Source: an uncultured cyanobacterium
GTDB taxonomy: Bacteria; Cyanobacteriota; Cyanobacteriia; Phormidesmidales; Phormidesmidaceae
DNA length: 64,000 nt
NCBI GenBank assembly: GCA_963793265.1
Contig: CAWBZI010000001.1
Span: forward strand, 96,001-160,000
Direction of reading: 5' to 3'
Every line of letters starts with the position of its first letter. Positions within the stretch are counted from its first letter, which is position 1. Position numbers and translations under genes: made by a program. Below the pieces are notes generated by a model that was not told the DNA's origin, ran no database searches, and saw nothing but the letters and a program-made list of their open reading frames with translations. Below are positions 52,293 through 62,460 of the stretch, one piece after another.

Positions 52293-52796
52293 CTAGTGGC
52301 ACTGCCTAGACACCATAATGCTTTTTGATTCGTACATACGCTTTTTTAGTCGAGCGAGTGCAGCGGCATCGTCTATAAGCTGTTCTTGATAGCTACGCTG
52401 CCACACCAAAGAACCAGGCTGATTGCGCAACAGATTGATTCGGGTTGCAGTGGCCGCTTTGAACCCCGCAACAAAAGAAGTCAGGCGTCTTGGTTTTCCA
52501 GCAGTAGGACGGCGATCACACCGTTCTCCAGATAGCACAACTAGCGCATGCAAGGCATCTGGGAAAACAGCCCACTGTTCTACTGTGATTTCGCGACAGT
52601 CGGCAGCTAGTAGCAGCTCATCAACAGCGACTTGGGCCAAAGATGAGGCTAGGCCCGTCTGAGACGTTTTTTGAGATAGATCGTCTTGCTGTACTGCCGG
52701 TACGTCGAACAGTTTATAGCTGTTGTGAGTTTTGAGCTGCACGTAATAGAGTGCAGCCTCGACAAACGAATTCTTGATTGCGGATGTTTTTATCAA
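52293..52796 (-). CDS. RAYT/IS200-like Y1 transposase homologue with degenerate catalytic motifs
   Basis: VFPDALHALV (cf. VMPNHIH), FVAGFKAATATRIN, VWQRSYQEQLID (cf. WQR.Y..H.IR). Confidence 0.7.
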   Translation of the reverse strand: MIKTSAIKNSFVEAALYYVQLKTHNSYKLFDVPAVQQDDLSQKTSQTGLASSLAQVAVDELLLAADCREITVEQWAVFPDALHALVVLSGERCDRRPTAGKPRRLTSFVAGFKAATATRINLLRNQPGSLVWQRSYQEQLIDDAAALARLKKRMYESKSIMVSRQCH

Positions 52797-53100
52797 CGGA
52801 CGCCCTGAACCATTGCACAGTGTCTGGTGTTAGACTGCCCAGCCCGACCGCTAAAGTCCCTAAAAATTGCCAGGTCTAATTGCGAAACCTGTATGAATAG
52901 CAATGCTTTGAGAACGCATATTAGCGTTTAATCGGGATGTGGGGCCTATCCCCTAATCACTCCTTTTTTAAACAAGCGTTAGTCCTTAATATCCGGCTAT
53001 ATTCGTTAAAAATTGCCACAAAAAAAGAGGCCAATAAACCCCTTTTCTTGCACTTTATCTTTTAAGCTTCTCAATGCTTAGCCGTATAAACAAATAGATA

Positions 53101-53182
53101 TGGGCAAAGAGAGACTCGAACTCTCACGACCGAAGCCGCCACATTTTGAGTGTGGTGCGTCTACCAATTCCGCCACTTGCCC
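53101..53182 (-). tRNA. tRNA-Leu(CAA)
   Basis: GGGCAAG/TTTGCCC acceptor, GGCGGAATTGGTAGACGC, CCACA-CTCAAAA-TGTGG, long variable arm, GTTCGAGTC. Confidence 0.96.
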
Positions 53183-53257
53183 AGGTAAGAATACCATTAT
53201 ACCGAAGTAGGTCACTTTTTTAAGGTAATTTTGGACTTAGATCTTATCGAAGTTAGA

Positions 53258-54154
53258 TCACCAGTTACGCCAGCCTCTAGGGCGATCGCTAGGTGGCTGG
53301 TCAGGCTTGTCACCTTTAGCTTCTTCAGCTAGCGGCTGGTTATCTAACAAAGCCTGATAGGCAGGTGTGCTTGCCCAGCGGTCTATCTCTCTAGCCCTGA
53401 GCACCGGCACCGGATGGCTCAGATCGTCTGTTTTTAACCGCTTTAGCATCTCACCCGTTTCGCTTTCGCTAATAGCATCGTATGAGCGGGCCTGGTCGAT
53501 AAAAGCGTCTAGATTTAGCTGAGGAGAAAGGGTCGGCGAGCCGCCGGAGAGCTTCATTAGAACGGAGGCTACTGTGCGGGCGTCTTGAGTGGCGAGGAGG
53601 GCAGCGCGATCGCACGTAAATTCAGCGCAGCGCACCCACTCCATAATTTGAGACTGCCAGTTTTGCATAAGCACGTTGCCAAAGGGAAGCTGGCTGGTTG
53701 CTAGCGTCAGCAGGTTTGCCAGCGTCAGGTATACGCCATGATCGCATTTGAGATGGCCCAGCTCGTGTCCAATCACGGCCTGAACTTCAGCGGGATTCAG
53801 CAACTCAATTAGCGAGGTGTGTACTACGACAAAAGGCTGCTTACCACGCATCGCAAAGGTGTAGGCGTTAGGCACCGGATGCTGCTTGATGTATAGCTGG
53901 GGCACCTCTAAGTCGAGCACCTCGCAGGCTTCTACTAGAGACTGGTACAGCTCCGGCAGTTGGTTGGGGCCAACTAAAACGCTAGAAGCAATATTTTCCA
54001 GGTAAAAGAACTGTTCGCCCATAGGGCCAAGGAGGCTGCGGATAGCGACATCTAAGCCAGGCAGACGCTTGAGCGCCTGAGTCGCTTCGCGATCTAGCGG
54101 GTGACGAAATTGATCGGCATTAAGCCCGGTGAGTAAAGCCTTGGAGGTGTCCAT
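53258..54154 (-). CDS. M48 family metallopeptidase
   Basis: PNAYT, HELGH, AEFTCDRAA, SHP...RA. Confidence 0.9.
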   Translation of the reverse strand: MDTSKALLTGLNADQFRHPLDREATQALKRLPGLDVAIRSLLGPMGEQFFYLENIASSVLVGPNQLPELYQSLVEACEVLDLEVPQLYIKQHPVPNAYTFAMRGKQPFVVVHTSLIELLNPAEVQAVIGHELGHLKCDHGVYLTLANLLTLATSQLPFGNVLMQNWQSQIMEWVRCAEFTCDRAALLATQDARTVASVLMKLSGGSPTLSPQLNLDAFIDQARSYDAISESETGEMLKRLKTDDLSHPVPVLRAREIDRWASTPAYQALLDNQPLAEEAKGDKPDQPPSDRPRGWRNW

Positions 54155-54306
54155 ATGAGTAGTCGATAGCCTTAGGAGGCGCGCCTGAGAAAATATGCTT
54201 TTTGGGAAAACCCTTAAGGATCAACAAAGCCTACACACGCCTGAGAAAATAGCGTTTGTGTAGGCTTTGCTACTTATCTAGTATAGCGAGCTAACAGGCT
54301 AGCGAG

Positions 54307-55758
54307 TTAATTAGAAGACACGCCTGCAACGGCTGGTGGGACAGATAGAATCTCAGGCGCAATTACAGAGGTAGGCTGAGCGGCGCTGTCTGCTTGGCTG
54401 AGCGGAATGCGTCTGAGGCGCGCACCGACATTGGTAAGCTTTTCTTCAAACTTTTCGTAGCCGCGATCAAGGTGATGGAGGCCGTGGAGGGTGGTTTTGC
54501 CTTTGGCAGCTAGGCCCGCGATCGCCAGTGCCGCAGAGGCTCGCAAGTCGCTCCCAGTCACAGGCGCGCCCGAAAGATGACTCACCCCGCGCACAATCGC
54601 GCAGTCGCCCTTAACCCGAATATCAGCCCCCATCCGATTAAACTCAGCCACGTGCTGTAGCCGGTTTTCAAAGACGGTTTCAGTCACCATGCTATTGCCC
54701 TCAGCCAGGGTGAGCAGTGCCATAAACTGCGCCTGCATATCAGTTGGAAAACCAGGATAAGGCAGCGTTTGTATATCCGTAGCGATCACTTTTTCGCCGG
54801 GAGAAACGCGAATTGTGCTGCGCCCCTCAATTTCAACATTAGTTCCTGTTTCGCGAAGCTTGGCTATCAGCGGCGTTAAGTGGCTAGGATCTACAGGGCC
54901 AACGGTCAGTTCAGAGCGCGTCAAAGCTCCGGCGACTAAGTAAGTACCGGCCTCAATGCGATCTGGAATGATGGAATAGTCGGTAGCGTGCAGGCTAGGC
55001 ACCCCGGTAATTGTGATCGCATTGGTGCCCGCACCGCGAATTTTTGCGCCCATTGCTCGGCAGAAGTTAGCCAAATCAACCACCTCTGGCTCTTGAGCGG
55101 CATTCTCAATAACGGTTTCTCCCTCCGCCAATGTTGCTGCCATCATCAAAGTTTCTGTAGCCCCGACGCTGGGGTAGTCCAAATAGATCTTTGCGCCTTT
55201 GAGCTTGCCACGCGCGCCTGGAACGTAAGCGTGAACAACGCCGTGATCCATATGAACATGAGCGCCTAATGCCTGTAGCCCTCGGATGTGTAGCTCAACC
55301 GGCCTAGCACCGATAGCACAGCCACCCGGCAAAGGAACGCGAGCAACGCCTAGTCTTGCAAGCAGGGGGCCGATGACAAAGAAGCTGGCTCTGAGCTTGC
55401 TGACGATATCGTAGGGTGCTTTAGAATGGCTCACGCTACTGGCATCAACGTCTAATGTGCTGCCGTCGCGAGCAACTTTCAGGCCAAGCGCTGTTAGCAC
55501 GCTAGACATGCGTCCGATATCCATTAAGTCAGGAATGTTGCGAATTCGGCAGGTTTGAGAACACAGTAGCGTGCCGCCGAGCACGACGAGCGCTGAGTTT
55601 TTAGCACCGCTGATGGGGATGTGACCACTGAGAGGTTCGCCGCCCCAAATCTCAATCACAGAGACGGGAGGCTTGGTGGATTTGCCATTTGTAGAGATGG
55701 CGCTAGCAGAAGTAGGAGTAGTAATGGGAGTGGCCTCCAAGAAAAATTGTGAACCCAA
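54307..55758 (-). CDS. murA: UDP-N-acetylglucosamine 1-carboxyvinyltransferase
   Basis: [48 protein letters not shown]. Confidence 0.96.
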   Translation of the reverse strand: MGSQFFLEATPITTPTSASAISTNGKSTKPPVSVIEIWGGEPLSGHIPISGAKNSALVVLGGTLLCSQTCRIRNIPDLMDIGRMSSVLTALGLKVARDGSTLDVDASSVSHSKAPYDIVSKLRASFFVIGPLLARLGVARVPLPGGCAIGARPVELHIRGLQALGAHVHMDHGVVHAYVPGARGKLKGAKIYLDYPSVGATETLMMAATLAEGETVIENAAQEPEVVDLANFCRAMGAKIRGAGTNAITITGVPSLHATDYSIIPDRIEAGTYLVAGALTRSELTVGPVDPSHLTPLIAKLRETGTNVEIEGRSTIRVSPGEKVIATDIQTLPYPGFPTDMQAQFMALLTLAEGNSMVTETVFENRLQHVAEFNRMGADIRVKGDCAIVRGVSHLSGAPVTGSDLRASAALAIAGLAAKGKTTLHGLHHLDRGYEKFEEKLTNVGARLRRIPLSQADSAAQPTSVIAPEILSVPPAVAGVSSN

Positions 55759-56071
55759 AAAACTGTGAGCTGCGAAAATCGGCTGTAAGAACCGATCTAA
55801 GGGCTTTGACGAATTTGGTATGGATTCTACCCGAAACTTCAGAGTTTCTCCCGGTTGATTTGAACAAAAGTGACGCTATCAATCCTAAATGACCTCTTTC
55901 TGTAGTAGGAAATTACGGACAGAATCGGAAGAATTACCGTATTTGAAAAAATTTCGGAAAGGTTTGCTGTCGCTAAGTGTTGACGAATGTCTCTAACTGC
56001 TTAATAATTGCTAATCGCAGCTACAGACAAAGTGCCCTGGCATTAGGTCGGTAAGTTGCTGTAATAACTGA

Positions 56072-56155
56072 GCGGGACTGGCGAAATTGGTAGACGCGCT
56101 AGATTCAGATTCTAGTGTTCGCAAGGACTTCCGGGTTCAAGTCCCGGGTTCCGCA
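56072..56155 (+). tRNA. tRNA-Leu(CAG) with A at position 37
   Basis: GCGGGAC/GTTCCGC acceptor, CTAGA-TTCAGAT-TCTAG anticodon arm, long variable arm, GGTTCAAGTCC. Confidence 0.94.
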
Positions 56156-56420
56156 TAGCCATTGATTGAGTGAAAGATGCTTTAAAGCTGACTGGCTAAA
56201 GCACTTTTTTGCTTTGCGTAACTGCGCTTAGGTAGTCTGCCTTTTTTAGGGGTGGAACTTTTCTATGGTTAAGTGAAAATACATAGGCATTTAAATATAG
56301 TGACAAAAGTCGATAAAATGCTGATTAATCTGCTAGGTCGGATTTATCAGGATGGACTGGCATAACTTGTTTATGCATATTTTCATTTGCTGACATCTAC
56401 TTCTCAAATCTTGCTTTCTT

Positions 56421-57239
56421 ATGCTGACAAGCCTGCAAAATTCTACAGTTAAGCAGTTGCGAAAGCTGCAGCAGGCTAAGGAACGTAAGAAACAGGCGGT
56501 TTTGCTCCTTGAGGGCACTCACTTAATAGAAGCCGCTTGTACGGCGGACTATCCGCTGAAAGTGTTTTGCTATACGGAAGCCTGGCAGCAGCGCTATCCA
56601 GACATTTTTCGACAGGCTTTGGCTTTAGCAGAGCAAGTTGAGCTAGTGTCTGCTGATGTACTCAAGTCAATTGCAAGTACGGTGACGCCTGATGGTGTGG
56701 TGGCAACAGCACCCCGGCGAAATGCCTGGCAAGAAGCTGCTAGCCAGCCGGGCGAAGCGATTAAATTAGGCGTGATGCTAGAGACAATTCAAGATCCTGG
56801 CAACCTCGGCACGATTATTCGGACGGCGGCAGCCGCCGGGTGTGATGGTCTGTGGCTGAGCGATCGCAGCGTAGATATTAGTAATCCAAAGGTGCTGCGA
56901 GCCTCGGCAGGGCAATGGTTTCGGTTGCCAATGGCGACGGTAGAGGTGGTAGAGCAGGCGCGGCAGTTAAAAGAACGTGGCGTTCAGGTTATCGCGACGA
57001 CTGCGACGGCTGAGCTGGACTATTGGCAGCTAGATTTGCGAGAGCCGAGCGTGTTTGTGATGGGCAATGAAGGGGCCGGGCTTTCGGCTGAGCTGATGGA
57101 CTGTGCCTCTGTAGCGGTCAAAATACCGGTGATGCCAGAGGTTGAGTCGCTGAATGTGGCGATTTCGACGGCGCTACTGCTGTATGAGGCCAGGCGTCAG
57201 CGGATGGGAGAAATTGTTAAAAGCGACCGCTCTAGTTGA
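56421..57239 (+). CDS. TrmH/SpoU family RNA methyltransferase
   Basis: QDPGNLGTIIRTA, GNEGAGL, ESLNVA. Confidence 0.92.
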   Translation: MLTSLQNSTVKQLRKLQQAKERKKQAVLLLEGTHLIEAACTADYPLKVFCYTEAWQQRYPDIFRQALALAEQVELVSADVLKSIASTVTPDGVVATAPRRNAWQEAASQPGEAIKLGVMLETIQDPGNLGTIIRTAAAAGCDGLWLSDRSVDISNPKVLRASAGQWFRLPMATVEVVEQARQLKERGVQVIATTATAELDYWQLDLREPSVFVMGNEGAGLSAELMDCASVAVKIPVMPEVESLNVAISTALLLYEARRQRMGEIVKSDRSS

Positions 57240-57272
57240 GAATAGAAAATACCTCAAAATAAGGAGAACGCA

Positions 57273-58706
57273 TTGGATTCGGCATTTGACTACGATTTGG
57301 TAATTATCGGTGCAGGCGTAGGCGGTCACGGCGCGGCGCTTCATGCCGTAAAACGCGGCCTCAAAACAGCCATCATTGAAGCTTCAGACATGGGCGGCAC
57401 CTGCGTTAATCGCGGCTGCATTCCGTCTAAAGCGCTGCTGGCAGCTTCAGGTAAAGTGCGCGAAATGCGAGACGAGCAGCACTTAAAGGCGATGGGCATC
57501 AGCTTAACTAGCGTGGGCTTTGACCGCGAAGGCATTGCCGACCATGCCAAAAACTTAGTGAACAAGATTCAGGGCGACTTGACCAATAGTCTGACTCGCC
57601 TGGGCGTAGACACCATTCGCGGCTGGGGCAAAATCGCGGCAAGCCAGAAAGTTTCTGTTAAAGACGACAGCGGCACTCGCACCATCACCGCCAAAGACAT
57701 CATCCTCTCACCAGGTTCTATTCCCTTCGTCCCCAGAGGCATTGAAACAGACGGCAAAACCGTATACACCAGCGATGAGGCCATTCGACTCGACTGGCTA
57801 CCTGACTGGGTAGCGATCATTGGTAGCGGATACATCGGCCTAGAATTTTCCGACGTTTATACTGCGCTCGGCTCAGAGGTCACGATGATTGAGGCGATGG
57901 ATCAGCTGATGCCGACCTTTGATCCTGATATTGCTAAGCAGGCCGAGCGAGTGCTAATTAAGCCGCGTGATATTGAAACTCGTGTAGGACTGCTGGCTAA
58001 AAAGATTACGCCAGGTTCGCCTGTGGTAATTGAGCTTGCCGATCCAAAGACGATGGAAACGGTGGACGTGATGGAGGTAGATGCTTGCTTAGTAGCAACG
58101 GGCCGGATTCCAGCGACAAAGAATCTAGATCTGAATATGGTGGCCGTAGAAACCGATCGCCGTGGGTTTATTCCGGTAGATGAGCGCCTGGCGGTGCTGC
58201 GCGATGGTAAGCCGGTACCTCATCTCTATGCGATCGGTGATGCCAACGGCAAAATGATGCTGGCACATTCTGCTTCTGCGCAGGGTATTGTGGCTGTCGA
58301 TAATATCTGTGGCGATGACCGCTCTGTGGACTACAACGCGATTCCAGCAGCGGCCTTTACGCATCCTGAAGTGAGCTTTGTGGGGTTAACAGAACCAGCG
58401 GCGAAAGCGAAAGGAAAGGAAGAAGGGTACGAGGTGGCTTCTGTGCGGAGCTATTTTAAGGCGAATTCTAAGGCGTTAGCTGAAGGGGAGACAGAAGGGC
58501 TCGCGAAGGTGATTTATCGGAAGGATACGGGCGAGATGATGGGGGCGCATATTATTGGGCTGCATGCGGCGGATTTAATTCAGGAGGCGGCGAACGCGAT
58601 CGCCCAAAAGCAGTCTGTCACCGAACTCTCCCAATACGTACACACCCACCCCACGCTCTCTGAAGTGTTGGATGAGGCTTACAAGCGCGCCACAGTCACG
58701 GCATAA
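57273..58706 (+). CDS. lpdA: Dihydrolipoyl dehydrogenase
   Basis: [37 protein letters not shown]. Confidence 0.96.
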   Translation: MDSAFDYDLVIIGAGVGGHGAALHAVKRGLKTAIIEASDMGGTCVNRGCIPSKALLAASGKVREMRDEQHLKAMGISLTSVGFDREGIADHAKNLVNKIQGDLTNSLTRLGVDTIRGWGKIAASQKVSVKDDSGTRTITAKDIILSPGSIPFVPRGIETDGKTVYTSDEAIRLDWLPDWVAIIGSGYIGLEFSDVYTALGSEVTMIEAMDQLMPTFDPDIAKQAERVLIKPRDIETRVGLLAKKITPGSPVVIELADPKTMETVDVMEVDACLVATGRIPATKNLDLNMVAVETDRRGFIPVDERLAVLRDGKPVPHLYAIGDANGKMMLAHSASAQGIVAVDNICGDDRSVDYNAIPAAAFTHPEVSFVGLTEPAAKAKGKEEGYEVASVRSYFKANSKALAEGETEGLAKVIYRKDTGEMMGAHIIGLHAADLIQEAANAIAQKQSVTELSQYVHTHPTLSEVLDEAYKRATVTA

Positions 58707-58711
58707 GTTTA

Positions 58712-58744
58712 GAGCCTCGATCTTAAGACTTAGGATCGAGGCTC
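58712..58744. repeat. Intergenic palindrome between lpdA and trpC
   Basis: GAGCCTCGATCTTAAG-A-CTTAGGATCGAGGCTC (16-bp arms, one G-U pair). Confidence 0.7.
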
Positions 58745-58775
58745 CAAATCAGCAACTCTTTCAACTATTAGCATT

Positions 58776-59666
58776 ATGGAAATTCGTCGTCGTCCGCCCA
58801 ACCCTGCAATCTCGGTTGCGAGTCTTGAATATCGAACGAAGGCAGAGGACTCTGAGCCACGTAATATTCTCGAAAAGATCGTGTGGCACAAAGAAACTGA
58901 GGTAACCCGGCAAAGAGAGAAAGTGTCGCTGCAAGATTTGCAGGGGCAGGTGAAAGGAATGCCTGCAACGAAGGGATTTATCAAGGCTCTAAGGGAGCAG
59001 GCACAGCGGCAGAGCCCGGCGATTATTGCAGAAGTGAAAAAGGCATCGCCAAGTAAAGGGGTGATTAGGGATGATTTTGATGCGGTTGCGATCGCCCGCA
59101 GCTACCAGTCAGGCGGCGCGACCTGCCTTTCTGTACTCACCGACAGCAAGTTTTTCCAGGGCAGCTTCGACTACCTCAGTCAAATTCGTCAGGCCGTTGA
59201 TCTGCCTTTACTCTGCAAAGAGTTCATTATCTATCCCTACCAGATCTATAGGGCCAGAGCTGCCGGAGCTGACGCCATCTTATTAATTGCCGCAATTCTG
59301 AGCGATCAAGACATTAATTACTTTGTCAAAATCGCTAGAGCTGTTGGGCTAGACGCACTCGTTGAAACTCATACGTCAGAAGAATTTGAGCGCGTGATTG
59401 GGATTGAGGGGATTGAGCTTATTGGCATCAATAATCGGAACTTAGAAGACTTTACGGTGAGCTTAGAGACGACTAAGGAGATTTTAGCGGCCTATGGCGA
59501 TCGCATCGCGCAGCGGCAGACTTTGATCGTAAGCGAGTCAGGGCTGCATACGCCGGATGACGTGCAGTTCGTGACTGGCGTGGGAGCAAAAGCAATTTTA
59601 GTTGGAGAGTCTTTGATGCGACAGAGCGATCCCGGTAGGGCGATCGCAACGCTTTTAGACCGCTAG
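58776..59666 (+). CDS. trpC: Indole-3-glycerol phosphate synthase
   Basis: [41 protein letters not shown]. Confidence 0.96.
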   Translation: MEIRRRPPNPAISVASLEYRTKAEDSEPRNILEKIVWHKETEVTRQREKVSLQDLQGQVKGMPATKGFIKALREQAQRQSPAIIAEVKKASPSKGVIRDDFDAVAIARSYQSGGATCLSVLTDSKFFQGSFDYLSQIRQAVDLPLLCKEFIIYPYQIYRARAAGADAILLIAAILSDQDINYFVKIARAVGLDALVETHTSEEFERVIGIEGIELIGINNRNLEDFTVSLETTKEILAAYGDRIAQRQTLIVSESGLHTPDDVQFVTGVGAKAILVGESLMRQSDPGRAIATLLDR

Positions 59667-59735
59667 ATAGGCGGCTACGCTATCCAGATGAGGTCTATAC
59701 TAAGAAACGTAACGTATAGCTAGTGAAACCACGGT

Positions 59736-61391
59736 ATGAGTCGCAAGAAAGCCATCATTATTGGTTCAGGTATTGGCGGAATCTCTCTAGGCATTCGGTT
59801 GCAGAGCCTGGGATTTGACACCACCATTTTTGAAAAATTAGACGCACCTGGCGGCAGAGCCTACGTGCGCAAAGCAGAAGGCTTCATCTTCGACATGGGG
59901 CCAACTGTCCTCACCGTGCCTCACTTCATCGAAGAATTATTCTCATTGCAGCAAGGCGCTGCGGCCTTGGGCGAACCTGATTTTCCTAAGGAGATCATGG
60001 ATCCAAAAGATCGGATCAAATCGGGTATCACCAGCGGCCCAAACACGTCTAAATACGTCAAGATTGTTCCAATTCTGCCGTTCTATCGTATCTACTTCGA
60101 TGACGGTACCTACTTTGACTACGATGGCGATCCTGAGAACACACTGCGCCAAATCGAAGCGATTGAACCAGACGACCTAGAAGGCTACGAGCGTTTTCAC
60201 AAAGCTGCTAAAGCCATCTTTGATCGCGGATTTATTGAGCTGGGCTACACCTACTTCGGTAACGTTGGAGATATGCTCAAAGTAGCACCCGACTTGATCA
60301 AACTTGACGCCCTGCGTCCTCTCCTATCGTTTGTAAAAGACTACTTCAAAAGCCCTAAGCTTCAGCAGGTCTTCAGCTTTGAGCCTTTGCTGGTCGGCGG
60401 CAGTCCGCTGAGCGTACCAGCTATCTACGCCATGATTCACTTCGTTGAAAAAACCTGGGGCATTCACTTTGCCATGGGTGGCACAGGCGAACTGGTTCAG
60501 GGCTTTGTGCGCAAGTTTGAAGAACTCGGTGGCACCATTCGCTACAACAGCGAAGTTGCCAAAATTGATGTAGAAGGCTCGTACTTTGGTAAGAAAATCG
60601 CCAAAGGCATTGAGCTTAAAGACGGCAGCTACCATGCCGCCGATTTAGTCGCCTCGAACGGTGACTACGCAAACACTTACATGAAGCTGATAGATCCAAA
60701 ATATCGCTTTATCAACCAAGACCTAAAGGTAAAGCTGACACGGCAGTCGATGTCAGTACTGGTCATTTACTTTGGCTTTAAAGCTGACCCTTCTGAAGAG
60801 CTAGACCTACAGCACCACAACATTATTCTCGGGCCTCGCTACGAAGAACTGCTCAAAGAAATCTTTGATCAAAAAGTACTCAGCCCCGACTTCTCACAGT
60901 ACTTACATATTCCTTCGCTCACCGACCCTAGCATGGCCCCTCCCGGACACCATGCGGCCTACACGCTGGTACCGGTGCCTAACAATGGCGGCGATATCGA
61001 CTGGGATATTGAAGGGCCAAAGCTGACTGATAGGGTGCTCACCTTTTTAGAAGAGCGCGGCTATATTCCTAATCTCAAAGAGCGCCTGGTGTATCAAAGC
61101 CATGTCACGCCTGACTACTTTGAAGGCACGCTTAACAGCTACTTGGGGAATGCGTTTGGCGTAGAACCTATTCTGGTTCAGAGCGCTTTCTTCCGTCCGC
61201 ACAACCGCAGTGAAGATATCGAAAACCTTTACCTGGTGGGCGCGAATACGCAGCCAGGCGGCGGTACGCCTTCGGTGATGATGTGCGCGAAGATGACGGC
61301 GCGTGAAATTGCTAAGAACTTTGACGTTCCCGCTGAGATCGTCAATGGCGTAGCAACTGAATCAGCCGTGCCAGAAGTAGCCAAGGTATAG
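59736..61391 (+). CDS. crtI: CrtI-family carotenoid (phytoene) desaturase
   Basis: [29 protein letters not shown] motif, LYLVGA.TQPGGG.P. Confidence 0.78.
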   Translation: MSRKKAIIIGSGIGGISLGIRLQSLGFDTTIFEKLDAPGGRAYVRKAEGFIFDMGPTVLTVPHFIEELFSLQQGAAALGEPDFPKEIMDPKDRIKSGITSGPNTSKYVKIVPILPFYRIYFDDGTYFDYDGDPENTLRQIEAIEPDDLEGYERFHKAAKAIFDRGFIELGYTYFGNVGDMLKVAPDLIKLDALRPLLSFVKDYFKSPKLQQVFSFEPLLVGGSPLSVPAIYAMIHFVEKTWGIHFAMGGTGELVQGFVRKFEELGGTIRYNSEVAKIDVEGSYFGKKIAKGIELKDGSYHAADLVASNGDYANTYMKLIDPKYRFINQDLKVKLTRQSMSVLVIYFGFKADPSEELDLQHHNIILGPRYEELLKEIFDQKVLSPDFSQYLHIPSLTDPSMAPPGHHAAYTLVPVPNNGGDIDWDIEGPKLTDRVLTFLEERGYIPNLKERLVYQSHVTPDYFEGTLNSYLGNAFGVEPILVQSAFFRPHNRSEDIENLYLVGANTQPGGGTPSVMMCAKMTAREIAKNFDVPAEIVNGVATESAVPEVAKV

Positions 61392-61392
61392 G

Positions 61393-62172
61393 ATGCTGCC
61401 CAAAGAAGACATGCTTAAGCGGGTTGAGAACCGAGAGGCGATCACCCGCATTATTGACCGCGCCGAACAAGCTATTCGTACCTGGGAGCCGGTTGCAACA
61501 GACTTTCTTTCACCGCCTGAGCTGTTCGAGGCCCAGGCGGTGTTCAAACAGCTCACGGATATTCACACATTCTCTAGCGGTGGATATCCTCAGGCAGAAC
61601 GGCAAAGAATGGTGATTGCCCGCAGCGAAATTCCGTTTGACGAGCAGCCTGTACCATTGGCTGCGCTCAGCATTGCCGGAAACTTTTTGTTCGACACAGC
61701 TTCTCACCGCGACTTTTTAGGCTCTTTGCTAGGCACAGGATTAGTGCGCGATAAGGTGGGCGATATTATTGTGCTGGGTGAGCGGGGGGCGCAGGCAATC
61801 GTGGTGCCTGAGTTAGTGGAATTTTTGACGACTAGCTTGGTTCAGGTGCGCTCGGTGGCAGTGAAGACGCAGCCGATAGCACTAAGCGAACTGCGGGTGC
61901 GAGAGCCCAAGAAGAAAGAGATGACGACGGTGGAGGCTTCGATGCGGTTAGATGCGATCGCCTCAGCCGGGTTTGGCATGTCGCGCAGCAAAATGGCCGA
62001 CATGATTACCAAAGGCGACGTGCGGGTGAACTGGAAGCCGATTACTCAGTCAAGCCGTACGGTAGAAACAGGCGATCTGATTGCAATTCGTGGCAAAGGG
62101 CGCTTGGAAGTAGGCGAGATGTCCGTGACCAAAAAGCAGCGGTATCGAGTGCAGCTAACGCGGCTGGTGTGA
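61393..62172 (+). CDS. Photosystem II S4 domain protein (Sll1252/YlmH-like)
   Basis: TDFLSPPE, GGYPQAERQR, HRDFLG, SMRLDAIASAGF..SR, RGKGR. Confidence 0.9.
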   Translation: MLPKEDMLKRVENREAITRIIDRAEQAIRTWEPVATDFLSPPELFEAQAVFKQLTDIHTFSSGGYPQAERQRMVIARSEIPFDEQPVPLAALSIAGNFLFDTASHRDFLGSLLGTGLVRDKVGDIIVLGERGAQAIVVPELVEFLTTSLVQVRSVAVKTQPIALSELRVREPKKKEMTTVEASMRLDAIASAGFGMSRSKMADMITKGDVRVNWKPITQSSRTVETGDLIAIRGKGRLEVGEMSVTKKQRYRVQLTRLV

Positions 62173-62460
62173 GGTATAAAAGAATTTGCAAAAACTCAGT
62201 GCAAGCACATAAAAGCTTTCATATTTTTTATGTAACATCACATAATCTTTAGATTTACTCTCATGGATATTTTTGTGTGAGATGCCAACGCTTGAAATGC
62301 ACTCATAGCAAAGGTGATAGCTATTAACAAAGCGTGGAGATTGCCATCAACTAACTGGAGCTGCAATAAACAACGCCCGTATATTTATGTAGATTTCGTT
62401 TAGCTGATGTGCCTCACTGGCAAAGGTACCGGGAACCTGCAAGATTTTGAGTAAGAGGAA

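Noticed and set aside
52228..58744. The three palindromes (52228, 54225, 58712) as a REP family served by the RAYT-like gene
   Set aside because: They share no extended sequence; two merely contain GTAG/CTAC
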